DNA of 64,000 bases from an uncultured Clostridia bacterium (lineage in GTDB: Bacteria; Bacillota; Clostridia; Oscillospirales; Acutalibacteraceae): positions 4,883 to 68,882 of the forward strand of contig CANQZA010000001.1 of the NCBI GenBank assembly GCA_947628175.1, written 5' to 3'. Under the pieces are notes generated by a model. The model did not search any database, had not been told where the DNA came from, and saw only the letters and a program-made list of their open reading frames with translations. Positions within the stretch are counted from its first letter, which is position 1. Every line of letters begins with the position of its first letter. A program made the position numbers and the translations under genes. Of the stretch, positions 27,915 to 37,642 are shown piece by piece.

Positions 27915-29959
27915 TGTTTTATCAGCCTCGCAACAATTACAGACATATCATCCCGATGCCTCTCATCACTGTTTTTAACTGCAAAATCCAAGATTGCATT
28001 TGCCTTTTCAGTGGGATTTTCGCTTTCATCCAATTTAATAAATTCCTCCAGCCACTCCTCTCCTATATCGGTTATACCGTCGGACATCATTATGATCTCG
28101 TCGTTGACATTGAGCATGGTCGTTCTCTTTGCAAATTCTATACCCCTTAATATACCGGCGGGCATTGATGAAAGCTCACACTTTGTTATAAGATCTCCCT
28201 TTATTATATATGACCTTGGTGCCCCCGCCTTATAAAATTCACACTTGCCTGTAAAAAGGTCAATGCTTGCACAATCGAGTGTCGCCAGGCTCTCCTCACT
28301 GCTTTTTACAAGAAGAGCGCTGTTGACAACCTTTAAGGACGAATCAAAGCCGAATCCCGCCGACAACAGCTTTGACAAAAGACCTGCTCCCATCGCACCG
28401 TCGAGTGCAGCTCTGCCGCCCTTGCCCATACCATCGCTGATAATTAAAATCATATGGCCGCGCGAGTCATTTATGGTTTTGATTGTATCCCCGCACAGAT
28501 GTCCTTCGGCACAGTACTGTGCAAAGCCTATACTCATTTTAAAATTCGGTTTTTCCATCATCGTCAGCATGGAATCATTACCTGAGGTATTTACTCTGGA
28601 ATGTTCAAATTCTCTGCCGCATATGCGCGAAATTTCCTTTTTTAATCTGGGACTGTTCAATCCCTTTGTCGAGCGCGGAGCAAGAATTTCAATTCTGATA
28701 CGGTCGTATTTATCCACAATCACCGAAATATTTTCAGGATATATGTCGTATTCGCCGAGCATGCGCCTTATTTTTCCCGCGGACTTAAAATCAAAATTTT
28801 CCGCACTGTCAAATTCAAAAGCCAGATCACCGAGCATATCGGATATTGAAAAAAACTGATCTGCGGCAACCATTCTGATTTCACTCTCCATCGGCTCTGT
28901 TTTGCCGAGTTCATTTATTTTTTCACGCACATCTCTTACGCTTTCGCTTACCTGGGCAAGCGCTGATGACGCAAACCTCAGCCTTACCACAAGGCTTTGC
29001 CTGAGACTTCCGTCCGGAGCAATATCGGCTCCGCTTTCCCACAGCTCTGTCATTTTGTTTGTAACAACACCCGGCAAAAGTGAAAGAACAACACAGGCAA
29101 CCGCGCTCTCAATAACACAGCATACGGAAAACGAGCCCATATCGGCTGCAACCGCAAAAAATGCCATGGACAGCGTAAAGCTTATCCCTATTCCAACTGT
29201 TGACATATTTACAAAAAGGCTTGATACCAAAGCGGAAAAAGCGTATGCGCCAAGCAAAAAAAGGCTGTTTTCCCTGCTGATACCGAGCGCAAAACCAAGG
29301 CAAAGCGATATAATAAGCCCCCATCTCTGCGAGCCGAACCTGATAGAGGACAAAATGATGATAACGCCTATGATTCTTGCAGGCGATATGCCCTTTACTT
29401 CAAGAAAGGACAACCCCGACAGGATTACAGACGAAGATACGATAACGCATGTCAGATCGGTCACGGGGAGAGCCTTGTATTTCAAACGCTTGATATTGCA
29501 ATGTACTGCCCTGAAAAAGAAAAACGCACCGCCCAGAGCGAGCACCGCCTCACCGAAGGATAACGCATATCCGGCTGCGGAAGTTCCTGTCCTGAAATTC
29601 ATTACAAATCCTGTTGAAAAAACAGATAAAAATGCGACTGCCATAGGAACATAAGGTTCTTTTTTGACATTGAAAACATTTACCGCAAACGCTCCGAGAG
29701 CAGCTATAATCACCGCGCTGAAATATCTTATTGCATCGTTTGTATCACAGAAAATGATATAACCTATCCCCGCACCTATTGCCGAGAACAGAAAATTCTT
29801 TTTACTTGAAACGCATATAAGCGAGACAGCAAAAGGACAGCTTCCCCCTACAACAGACGAAAAGCTCAAAAAAAAGGATATCAAAAGCCAGATTATTCTT
29901 CCCGCCGTATCTTTAAGGTTAAACCTGTATGTATCTTTGATTTTTTCCTTTACAGTCAT
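27911..29959 (-). CDS. spoIIE: Stage II sporulation protein E (multi-TM plus PP2C phosphatase)
   Basis: About 10 TM N-terminus; PP2C motifs CGDT, ISDGMGKG, ATLD, FYKAGA, MSDG, DDMSV. Start trimmed to ATG 29959. Confidence 0.85.
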   Translation of the reverse strand: MTVKEKIKDTYRFNLKDTAGRIIWLLISFFLSFSSVVGGSCPFAVSLICVSSKKNFLFSAIGAGIGYIIFCDTNDAIRYFSAVIIAALGAFAVNVFNVKKEPYVPMAVAFLSVFSTGFVMNFRTGTSAAGYALSFGEAVLALGGAFFFFRAVHCNIKRLKYKALPVTDLTCVIVSSSVILSGLSFLEVKGISPARIIGVIIILSSIRFGSQRWGLIISLCLGFALGISRENSLFLLGAYAFSALVSSLFVNMSTVGIGISFTLSMAFFAVAADMGSFSVCCVIESAVACVVLSLLPGVVTNKMTELWESGADIAPDGSLRQSLVVRLRFASSALAQVSESVRDVREKINELGKTEPMESEIRMVAADQFFSISDMLGDLAFEFDSAENFDFKSAGKIRRMLGEYDIYPENISVIVDKYDRIRIEILAPRSTKGLNSPRLKKEISRICGREFEHSRVNTSGNDSMLTMMEKPNFKMSIGFAQYCAEGHLCGDTIKTINDSRGHMILIISDGMGKGGRAALDGAMGAGLLSKLLSAGFGFDSSLKVVNSALLVKSSEESLATLDCASIDLFTGKCEFYKAGAPRSYIIKGDLITKCELSSMPAGILRGIEFAKRTTMLNVNDEIIMMSDGITDIGEEWLEEFIKLDESENPTEKANAILDFAVKNSDERHRDDMSVIVARLIKQ

Positions 29960-30073
29960 TTTGCACTCCCAAAACCTCCGTAACATCACCTCCAAAGCAT
30001 TATATATTGTTTATTCCGCAAAAAATGTAAAAAAAAGAGCGGAATTTAACCGCTCATAAAAATATTGCATGAA

Positions 30074-30754
30074 TTATTTCTTTTTCTTTTTTCTGTTTCT
30101 GAGGACAATCATAAAAATCATTCCGATAATTCCGCCGACCGCATTCATCATCATATCGGTCATAGTATCTACCAGTCCAAGCCGACCGTATTCGTTGCTG
30201 TATTTTGACAGGTCAAATATAGCAGTCTCGTCCCCTGCCTTTGAAAGCTGAAGATTTGTTCCGTGGAGCGTGTCCATCAAAAATTCATAAAACTCCCAGC
30301 CAACCGCAATCGAAAGCGCAAACATCAATGAAAATATAGCTGCAAGAGTGGCGGCACACTGCCCTTTTTTGCGCTGAATAATACAGGCAAAATCATACCC
30401 GAACACAGCGCATACCACGCCCGAGAGAATGTGCATTATATTGTCAAACCACACCGTGTTGTCAAACACGCCGAAATATGAGCCTATAACAATACCCGTA
30501 AAAATGATTATATTGAGCATGGTCTGGCTGAGAGGAGGCACCTCCTCGATAAAGCTTCCGTTTCCGAAAATCTGAAACATATCCCAAAGATGTGTGAAAA
30601 TAAAGCAGAAAACACTCTCAAATCCCATTACCAGATCCCCGTGTACAAATGAATAAACGGCACAGATTATCAGTGAAATTCTGACCAAAATCCAAAAAAC
30701 CAACTGTCCTTTTGGTATAAGTTCTACAGGATCCTTTTTTATTTTGTATGCCAT
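30074..30754 (-). CDS. Membrane protein (DUF2238/YjdF-like)
   Basis: WFDNIMHILSG, WEFYEF..D, DTMTDM motifs; multiple TMs. Confidence 0.75.
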   Translation of the reverse strand: MAYKIKKDPVELIPKGQLVFWILVRISLIICAVYSFVHGDLVMGFESVFCFIFTHLWDMFQIFGNGSFIEEVPPLSQTMLNIIIFTGIVIGSYFGVFDNTVWFDNIMHILSGVVCAVFGYDFACIIQRKKGQCAATLAAIFSLMFALSIAVGWEFYEFLMDTLHGTNLQLSKAGDETAIFDLSKYSNEYGRLGLVDTMTDMMMNAVGGIIGMIFMIVLRNRKKKKK

Positions 30755-30960
30755 ACGCTTCCTCCGAAGGGATTGTTTTACCGATTTGCGTTTCCCTGAA
30801 CAGGCACTCCGTCAGTCAGTTTGCCCCAAACAGTGCAAACCTATTCTACCATAGATACGAAAAAAGTCAAATTATTAAATAAAGTTAAACTATTTTATAT
30901 ATTGTGGAAATGATATGCTTTTATTTGATATAATCAATTCAGTGCAATGGAGGGAAATTT

Positions 30961-32643
30961 ATGATTGAATATAAAACAAGATATGATGTAAAAAAGACAA
31001 TGTACGAAAAATTTGCCGATTCCGCGGCGCAGAATTCAGATAAGCCCTGCTTTTACTATTACAACAACACAATCACATGGGCTCAGGCTGAAGAGATGGT
31101 TGACCTCTGTGCAGCGGCGCTGGTTGCCAACGGTGTCAGAAAGGGCGACAGAGTGATTATCTGTGCTCCGAATATACCGCAGTGCATCACTGCCATTTAC
31201 GCAGTCAACAAAATCGGCGCAATCGCATCCATGCTGCATCCGCTTTCGGTTAAATCCGAGGCAGAATACGCTGTTAATCTTGTAGGCGCAAAATTTGCGT
31301 TTTGCTTTGATGTATCCGAAAAATCATTTCAGGGTATGAAAAATCTGACACTTGTACGCTGCAAAACTGCCGGATATTTCCCCAAATCGGCTTACGGCTT
31401 TATTGCGAATCAGCTTTATAAAAAGAAAATCAAGGGCAAAACCGCCCCTGCTACACAAGTGCATAAAAATATTGAATGGTCTCAATTCTTAAAAGAAGGC
31501 AAGGATTTTCTCAAAAACGGGGGCAAGGTTGAAATCAACTCAAATCCCCTTGATATTGCCGCAATTATGATGACGGGCGGTACAACAGGAAATCCCAAGG
31601 GCGTTATGCTGTGCAATGAGGCAATCAACAATCTGTCCTATCAGCTTCTTGATGTTGTTGAAAATGTGCTTCATATGCAGGTTGATCCGTCAACAGACAC
31701 AATGCTTACCGCTCTGCCTGTTTTCCACGGCTTCGGCTTTGCACTTTGTATGCATGTTTCCGTATGCACGGGCATGCCTCAATCACTATTTCCTCAGTTT
31801 GACGCAAAAATGTGTTCATCTGCCATTAAAAGATACTCCATTAACTATATTTTCGGGGTTCCGGATTTCTTTGAGAAAGTACATAAGGCAGGCTATCTTA
31901 AAAACATAGATATGTCTAATATGAAATTAATCGGTTCAGGCGGAGATGTCGTACCTTATTCGCTTACTGAAAAAATGGATAGACTTCTTAAAGAAAACGG
32001 AGCAAAATGCCATTTTGTATCGGGATACGGTCTAACGGAATGTGTAACCGTTTGCTCCTTCACCGATCCGAGCAGAGAGGCACCTCAGGGATGCATTGGA
32101 ATTCCTTGCTACAATATTGAAGCAATGACGGTTAAACCCGGAACAACGGATGAAGTCAAGGGAGAGGACGGCGAGCTTTGCATTTACGGTCCTACGCTTA
32201 TGAACGGATATTATAATGATCCCGATGAAACGGCAAAGGTTCTTGTCAAACACCCTGACGGAAAAGTATGGCTTCATACAGGCGATATGTGTTACATTGA
32301 TCAGAAAACCACGGACATCTATTACCGACAGAGACTCAAGAGAGTATATAAAATCAGCGGATACCTTGTTTATCCTTCCTTTATCGAAGAGGCATACAGG
32401 GCCATGGCCGAAATTTATGACTGCTGCGTAATAGGAACAGGTGACGAGGGCAACACAAAATTAAAGCTCTTTGTAGTCAAAAATAAAAAATATGAGCAGG
32501 ACGACGAAGAGGCACTCACGAAAAAAATTATTGATTTTGGCATACAGAATCTTTCAAAATGGTCTGTACCCAAGCAGATCGAGTATATTGACGAACTTCC
32601 GAGAACTAAGATAGGCAAAGTTGACTTCAAGGTACTCAAATAA
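30961..32643 (+). CDS. Long-chain acyl-CoA synthetase / class I adenylate-forming enzyme
   Basis: MTGGTTGNPKG, GYGLTE, WLHTGD, R.KR.YKISG.LVYP, LPRTKIGKVD. Confidence 0.9.
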   Translation: MIEYKTRYDVKKTMYEKFADSAAQNSDKPCFYYYNNTITWAQAEEMVDLCAAALVANGVRKGDRVIICAPNIPQCITAIYAVNKIGAIASMLHPLSVKSEAEYAVNLVGAKFAFCFDVSEKSFQGMKNLTLVRCKTAGYFPKSAYGFIANQLYKKKIKGKTAPATQVHKNIEWSQFLKEGKDFLKNGGKVEINSNPLDIAAIMMTGGTTGNPKGVMLCNEAINNLSYQLLDVVENVLHMQVDPSTDTMLTALPVFHGFGFALCMHVSVCTGMPQSLFPQFDAKMCSSAIKRYSINYIFGVPDFFEKVHKAGYLKNIDMSNMKLIGSGGDVVPYSLTEKMDRLLKENGAKCHFVSGYGLTECVTVCSFTDPSREAPQGCIGIPCYNIEAMTVKPGTTDEVKGEDGELCIYGPTLMNGYYNDPDETAKVLVKHPDGKVWLHTGDMCYIDQKTTDIYYRQRLKRVYKISGYLVYPSFIEEAYRAMAEIYDCCVIGTGDEGNTKLKLFVVKNKKYEQDDEEALTKKIIDFGIQNLSKWSVPKQIEYIDELPRTKIGKVDFKVLK

Positions 32644-32655
32644 ATTTATCTATGC

Positions 32656-32693
32656 ACCGCGCGAAAAGCTGTTGTTTTTTGCGCGGTATTTTT
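32656..32693. terminator. Terminator between convergent genes
   Basis: accgcgc...gcgcggt stem plus T-run. Confidence 0.6.
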
Positions 32694-32697
32694 ATAC

Positions 32698-33633
32698 CTA
32701 TATCCACTTTCTTTTTTTAAACCAAAAAAACAGCACTGCAATGATTGAAACGGAAATCAGTATGACAAACAGATATCCGTATCTCCAGCTAAGCTCCGGC
32801 ATATACTTAAAATTCATTCCGTACCAGCCTACAATCAGTGTAAGCGGGAAAAAAATTGTTGTAACAAGCGTAAAAATTTTCATCGTCTGATTAAGCTTCA
32901 TGTCTAAATATGCCTGATAGGCGTCCCACAGATGAACAACACTGCTCCGCAGAAGATCAACATTTTCTTTGAGTCGAACTGCCTTATCTGTAAAAATTTT
33001 AAAACATCTCAGCTCAGCCGGATCAAAAAGGTCGTTTTCGTTTTCCCGGAGCGCATCCCCTATATCTATGAGCTGTTCATAATATCCTCTCAGAGCGAGC
33101 AATTCTTTTTTCATTGTGAGAAGCCTCATATTGAAATCCTTGTCTGCCTCATTTTTCAGCACCATTTCCTCAAGGCGGTTTATTTTATGTTCAAGCTGTT
33201 CCAGTGCGTGATTATCCCTTAAAATAAGTCCTTCAAGAAATATGCAAACCAGTTTTTCAATGGAAATATTTTCACACGATATGCGTGCGAGAGTTTTCAT
33301 AAAAATATTTCTGTTTGAACAGTCACTGTCCTCAATATCAATAACAAGAAAAAGATTTTTTTTGATAAAAAACGCAAGGCAATCCTCTCTTGTCCCTATC
33401 GTTTTTACATCAATCAGATTCAGCTTTACAAAACTGTATTCATCGTTCACCTCAATATCGGATGAAAAAAAACCGTTTTTCCCCCTGCACTGCTCCATAC
33501 TTTGAACAGACAGATTAAACTGCCGGTAAACCTTTTCCAGCTCGGTAAAATTCATATATCCTGCCGTTATAAGCATATCGTTAAGATTATCTGCCTGAAC
33601 AGTGATTATCTCATCATCAAATTGGTACAGCAA
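32698..33633 (-). CDS. corA: CorA-family Mg2+/Co2+ transporter
   Basis: C-terminal two TMs with GWYGMNF signature and ELSWRYGY. Confidence 0.92.
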   Translation of the reverse strand: MLYQFDDEIITVQADNLNDMLITAGYMNFTELEKVYRQFNLSVQSMEQCRGKNGFFSSDIEVNDEYSFVKLNLIDVKTIGTREDCLAFFIKKNLFLVIDIEDSDCSNRNIFMKTLARISCENISIEKLVCIFLEGLILRDNHALEQLEHKINRLEEMVLKNEADKDFNMRLLTMKKELLALRGYYEQLIDIGDALRENENDLFDPAELRCFKIFTDKAVRLKENVDLLRSSVVHLWDAYQAYLDMKLNQTMKIFTLVTTIFFPLTLIVGWYGMNFKYMPELSWRYGYLFVILISVSIIAVLFFWFKKRKWI

Positions 33634-33710
33634 AAAAACATCTCCGAAAACAAGTATTTATCCAAAAATCAAACACAAAACTATTTTGCCGCTTTGAAAT
33701 AAAAAAAACA

Positions 33711-33744
33711 AAAAAATATGGAGCTTTTATAAAAAGCCCCATAT
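33711..33744 (-). terminator. Terminator after rubrerythrin
   Basis: atatggagctttt-ata-aaaagccccatat with A-run (U-tail on minus). Confidence 0.6.
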
Positions 33745-33758
33745 CTGAACCTGTTTTA

Positions 33759-34301
33759 TTAATAATTTTGCTCTTTGAGCTTAAAGTATGCCTTAGGATG
33801 CTGGCAGACAGGACAAGCATCAGGTGCCTGCTTTCCGATAACAATATGACCGCAGTTAGAGCAAATCCAGATTTTATCCTCGTCCCTGCTGAAAACAAGG
33901 CCGTTTTCAACATTTTCAAGAAGCTTTAAATATCTTTCCTCGTGCTCTTTTTCAATCTTTCCCACCTCTTCAAAGAGATAGGCAATGTGGTCAAAGCCCT
34001 CTTCCCGTGCCTCTTTGGCAAAAGCGGCATACATATCGGTCCATTCGTAATTTTCACCTTCCGCAGCAGCCTTTAAATTAGAGGCTGTGTCGGCAATTTC
34101 ACCGCCGTTGAGAAGTTTGAACCAGATTTTCGCATGTTCTTTTTCGTTGTCGGCAGTCTCCTGGAATATCTGTGCAATCTGAACATAACCGTCCTTCTTT
34201 GCTTTGCTGGCATAATAAGTATACTTATTTCTTGCCTGGCTTTCACCCGCAAAAGCTGCCATAAGATTTGCCTGGGTTTTTGTTCCTTCTAAGTTTTTCA
34301 T
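33759..34301 (-). CDS. rbr: Rubrerythrin
   Basis: [31 protein letters not shown], rubredoxin-like CSNCG..CPVC. Confidence 0.96.
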   Translation of the reverse strand: MKNLEGTKTQANLMAAFAGESQARNKYTYYASKAKKDGYVQIAQIFQETADNEKEHAKIWFKLLNGGEIADTASNLKAAAEGENYEWTDMYAAFAKEAREEGFDHIAYLFEEVGKIEKEHEERYLKLLENVENGLVFSRDEDKIWICSNCGHIVIGKQAPDACPVCQHPKAYFKLKEQNY

Positions 34302-34319
34302 CTTTTTTCCTCCTATAAA

Positions 34320-36779
34320 TTATATTTCCAGTCGTTTTAGTTTTGACACTATCGCCATAAATATACCCCACATAACCTGAAACGCAACAACATTGACCGC
34401 GTTGAGCTGATTATAACCCTTGACAATCCCGAGCATTGCCACAACACCGAATCCGATTGCACATCCGAAAGATACAAGAACACTTAAAAGCCGCCTTGTT
34501 TCCTCAATATTCTCGGCGCTGTTCATCGCGGAGACAAAGCCGAGCGCAGAACCGTCGTGCACAACATATGCAGGTGATTTTTCAACGCACATCTGAGAAT
34601 ATTTATCAAACGCTCTGCCGTTTGATGCACTCATAATTCTTACAAAACCGTCAGGCAGAGAGAAAAGCTGCGCAACACTCTCATCATTAATATAGGGATC
34701 GGCGCTTTTAACAAGAACGGTCATACCGCTTTTTTCAAGTCTTCTGAGGGCCTTTTTTAAATCCGGATCGGCATTATAGGATACGACAAACATTGCCATA
34801 ACCTTTCCCGTTACTGCAAGATAAAGAATTTTTCTCCCTTTGCGAGTATATTTTTTCTCAAAATCCTCCTTGGGGACATTTACCCCGTGATGAAGTAAAA
34901 GCTCCCTTGTGCCTACGAGTATCTTTTTGCGGTAAATCCACGCTGATGTACCGAGCCTGTCCTCATAAACAATGCCGTCAACCTCCGGCAGGATAGTCTG
35001 CTTACCTATTATAACCTTGTCAAAAACGGCTGCAAGCGGGCTCTTTGTCTGAATCATCACCGCTGCGGTTTTAAGAATGACATCATCTGCCTTGGCGCCG
35101 TTAAATGTTTTAATACCGTGAATTTCACAACTGTTCGGTCCGAACAAATCCTGCGCTTCGATAACAATTGCGTTCGCGTCATCAATTGCCCTTGAGCCCT
35201 CAAAGCCGTTAATCATTGCGTTATACCTTTCAAGATGCCTTGAAACGCCTGAAAGAGCACTGTTTGTTGTGTAAAGAGAAATGCACGGGCACGAAATACA
35301 TATGCCGCATGCGGCCACATTGGCGGCAATATGCCAGTTTTTTGTGATGATTGTGAAAACGACAAATAAGACAGCGTTCAGGACAAGCATGATAACACCT
35401 GTTGTTTTGGCGATCTTATCGGCAGGTTCGTCACTGCTGCTTATATCAAAAAACTTTGTTGTGAAATCTGTTTTAATACTTGTTTTCAGGTTAGACTCAC
35501 CCGAAAGAAGCCCCCGGCTTATTATTGCCGCGTCAACCTTATTGGCAATCGTCTCTACAGTATGCTTTTCCTCCTGATTAGTTAAAAATTCAAAATTTTT
35601 AATCATTCTCAAAAGCATTTCACGCTTGCCGACCGAACTCATAAGCAACGCGAATGAAGCGGCTAAAGGATATGCGCAGCCGTTGTCAACAAGTAAATCG
35701 CTGTTTACAAGCAGCAAAATGGTGTGAACAAGAATTACAAGACTGACTATTGAAACAGGGAAATCATAATTTATCGAATTTTTAAAATTAAAGCCGTGAA
35801 TAATATTTCTGCTGTTCATTATAATTACAAAACCGTAAAGCGCCAGCATGGTTGTAAAATATACGCTGTTGTCAAGCAAAAACGACGGCATATAAGCACT
35901 GTCTTTAAAAAAGGTAAGAAGTCCGAGCAGGATTGAAACAACAAGTGTAATGGCAATGGTCAATGTTACAGATGTTTTTGACGCAAAAAGTCTTTCCAAA
36001 AAAGCCGTTTTGTCATCGATATGATTAAATTCAACTCCTGCTATTTTTTCATTCTTTTTTTCATCAAAATTTTTTTCTATTTCGTCAGGGCTGAAAAGGC
36101 GGAATTTATTTACTTTGTCCCTGCGCCTTTCGCGAAGCTGCTTTTCCGCAAGCTCCTCGTCAATTGTTGAAACTTTTTCAGTTGAATCTTCAAACCCTTC
36201 AAGAACAATCTGATACTGTTCCTCCTGATCACTTGCGCTTTCCTCAGGAGTGGGTGCATTATTTCCCGATCCGAGTGAAATTCTTGTTTTTTCCAGCTCG
36301 TCAACAGCGACTATTGTCGGTATTTCCTCTAAATCAGATGTTTTATCAAAGCGCGATTTACTCTTTATGGTTGCCGGTCTTTCAATGATTTCAGGAGGTT
36401 TTTTTGAATAAAGAGGTTCGTCGGAATTTGTTTTGAAAAAGCTTTTTTTTATGTCTTTGACAGTATTGATAACGCCTGTTTTATCATTATTGACCGGCGG
36501 TTTTTCAATAATTTTTGTTTTTGTCTTATCGTCAGAGGCAACTGACGATAATTTTTTCTTGTCTATTACAGCCGTTTTTTGAGAATTTCCTTGCGTGTGA
36601 GGCGTTTTGCTTTCCGATCTTTCTTTTGGTTGTGCCTTTGGAATCTCTATCGTGCGCTGTGTTATCTCCTGTGCAGAAGTATTAATTTCCTCAATAGCGC
36701 TATGTGCTTTATTGACGGTTTTTTTTCTTATCTCCTCTGCCTGCCTGATGATTTCATCAATTGATAAATTCTCACTCAT
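34320..36779 (-). CDS. Degenerate P1B-type ATPase-like membrane protein with long charged N-terminus
   Basis: TM region with ISCPCIS (CPC motif). AMINGFEGSRAIDDANAIVIEAQDLF aligns to GILIKGGEALE...TIVFDKTGTL but DKTGT is lost. Confidence 0.6.
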   Translation of the reverse strand: MSENLSIDEIIRQAEEIRKKTVNKAHSAIEEINTSAQEITQRTIEIPKAQPKERSESKTPHTQGNSQKTAVIDKKKLSSVASDDKTKTKIIEKPPVNNDKTGVINTVKDIKKSFFKTNSDEPLYSKKPPEIIERPATIKSKSRFDKTSDLEEIPTIVAVDELEKTRISLGSGNNAPTPEESASDQEEQYQIVLEGFEDSTEKVSTIDEELAEKQLRERRRDKVNKFRLFSPDEIEKNFDEKKNEKIAGVEFNHIDDKTAFLERLFASKTSVTLTIAITLVVSILLGLLTFFKDSAYMPSFLLDNSVYFTTMLALYGFVIIMNSRNIIHGFNFKNSINYDFPVSIVSLVILVHTILLLVNSDLLVDNGCAYPLAASFALLMSSVGKREMLLRMIKNFEFLTNQEEKHTVETIANKVDAAIISRGLLSGESNLKTSIKTDFTTKFFDISSSDEPADKIAKTTGVIMLVLNAVLFVVFTIITKNWHIAANVAACGICISCPCISLYTTNSALSGVSRHLERYNAMINGFEGSRAIDDANAIVIEAQDLFGPNSCEIHGIKTFNGAKADDVILKTAAVMIQTKSPLAAVFDKVIIGKQTILPEVDGIVYEDRLGTSAWIYRKKILVGTRELLLHHGVNVPKEDFEKKYTRKGRKILYLAVTGKVMAMFVVSYNADPDLKKALRRLEKSGMTVLVKSADPYINDESVAQLFSLPDGFVRIMSASNGRAFDKYSQMCVEKSPAYVVHDGSALGFVSAMNSAENIEETRRLLSVLVSFGCAIGFGVVAMLGIVKGYNQLNAVNVVAFQVMWGIFMAIVSKLKRLEI

Positions 36780-37534
36780 AACTCAAGCCTCTGTCTTGCG
36801 ACCTCATACATAATAATTCCCGCCGCAACAGACGCGTTAAGGGAATTAACTTTGCCTCTCATCGGCAGACTTACAACAACATCACATTTTTCTTTTACAA
36901 GCCTTCCGACACCGTGCCCCTCACTGCCGACGACAAGGGCGCACCCTCCCGAAAAATCGGTTTTGCACCAAGGCTGTCCATCCATATCTGCGCAATAAAC
37001 CCAGATATTTTTCTTTTTAAGTGCGTCAATGGTCGCCGCTATGTTGCTCACTCTTGCGACTCTCATATATTCAAGTGCTCCGCAGGAGGTTTTGGCGACA
37101 ATAAAATTCAGTCCCGCATTTCTTCTTTTTGGAATAATGATTCCGTGAGCACCGCATGCCTCCGCACTTCTGATAATTGCCCCGAGGTTATGGCTGTCCT
37201 CTATTTCGTCACAGATAATAAGAAAAGGAGCTTCGCCCCGCCTGTCGGCATATTCAATCATTTCATCAACTGTTACATAATCATGCGCCGGAACATTGGC
37301 GGCAACACCCTGATGATTTGCGTTGGCGCACATAAAATCAAGCTTTTTTCTGTCCACATTCTTTATCACTATCTGCTTTTCCCTGCACATAGCAATAATC
37401 CTGGTTATCGAGCCTTCCCGTTCTCCCTTTGCGATAAGGACATTTTCAACCTGTCTGTTGCTTTTAAGAAGCTCCAAAACAGCATTGCGTCCGATAACAA
37501 GGTTATCCTTTGTTTTAATATTTTCCTCGTTCAA
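36776..37534 (-). CDS. rlmB: 23S rRNA (guanosine-2'-O)-methyltransferase, TrmH family
   Basis: GRNAVLELL, HQGV, DSHNLGAIIRSA, VVGSEGHGV, SLNASVAAGI. Confidence 0.94.
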   Translation of the reverse strand: MNEENIKTKDNLVIGRNAVLELLKSNRQVENVLIAKGEREGSITRIIAMCREKQIVIKNVDRKKLDFMCANANHQGVAANVPAHDYVTVDEMIEYADRRGEAPFLIICDEIEDSHNLGAIIRSAEACGAHGIIIPKRRNAGLNFIVAKTSCGALEYMRVARVSNIAATIDALKKKNIWVYCADMDGQPWCKTDFSGGCALVVGSEGHGVGRLVKEKCDVVVSLPMRGKVNSLNASVAAGIIMYEVARQRLEL

Positions 37535-37602
37535 TGTATATCACCGTAATATTTTCGTTAACATAATTATAGCATCTATACCTAAAATAATCAATGATAT
37601 AC

Positions 37603-37636
37603 AAAGGCTGACTCAAATTTTTATTGAGCCAGCTTT
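37603..37636 (-). terminator. Terminator after the LRR gene
   Basis: aaaggctgactcaa...ttgagccagcttt imperfect stem. Confidence 0.55.
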
Positions 37637-37642
37637 ATCTTT

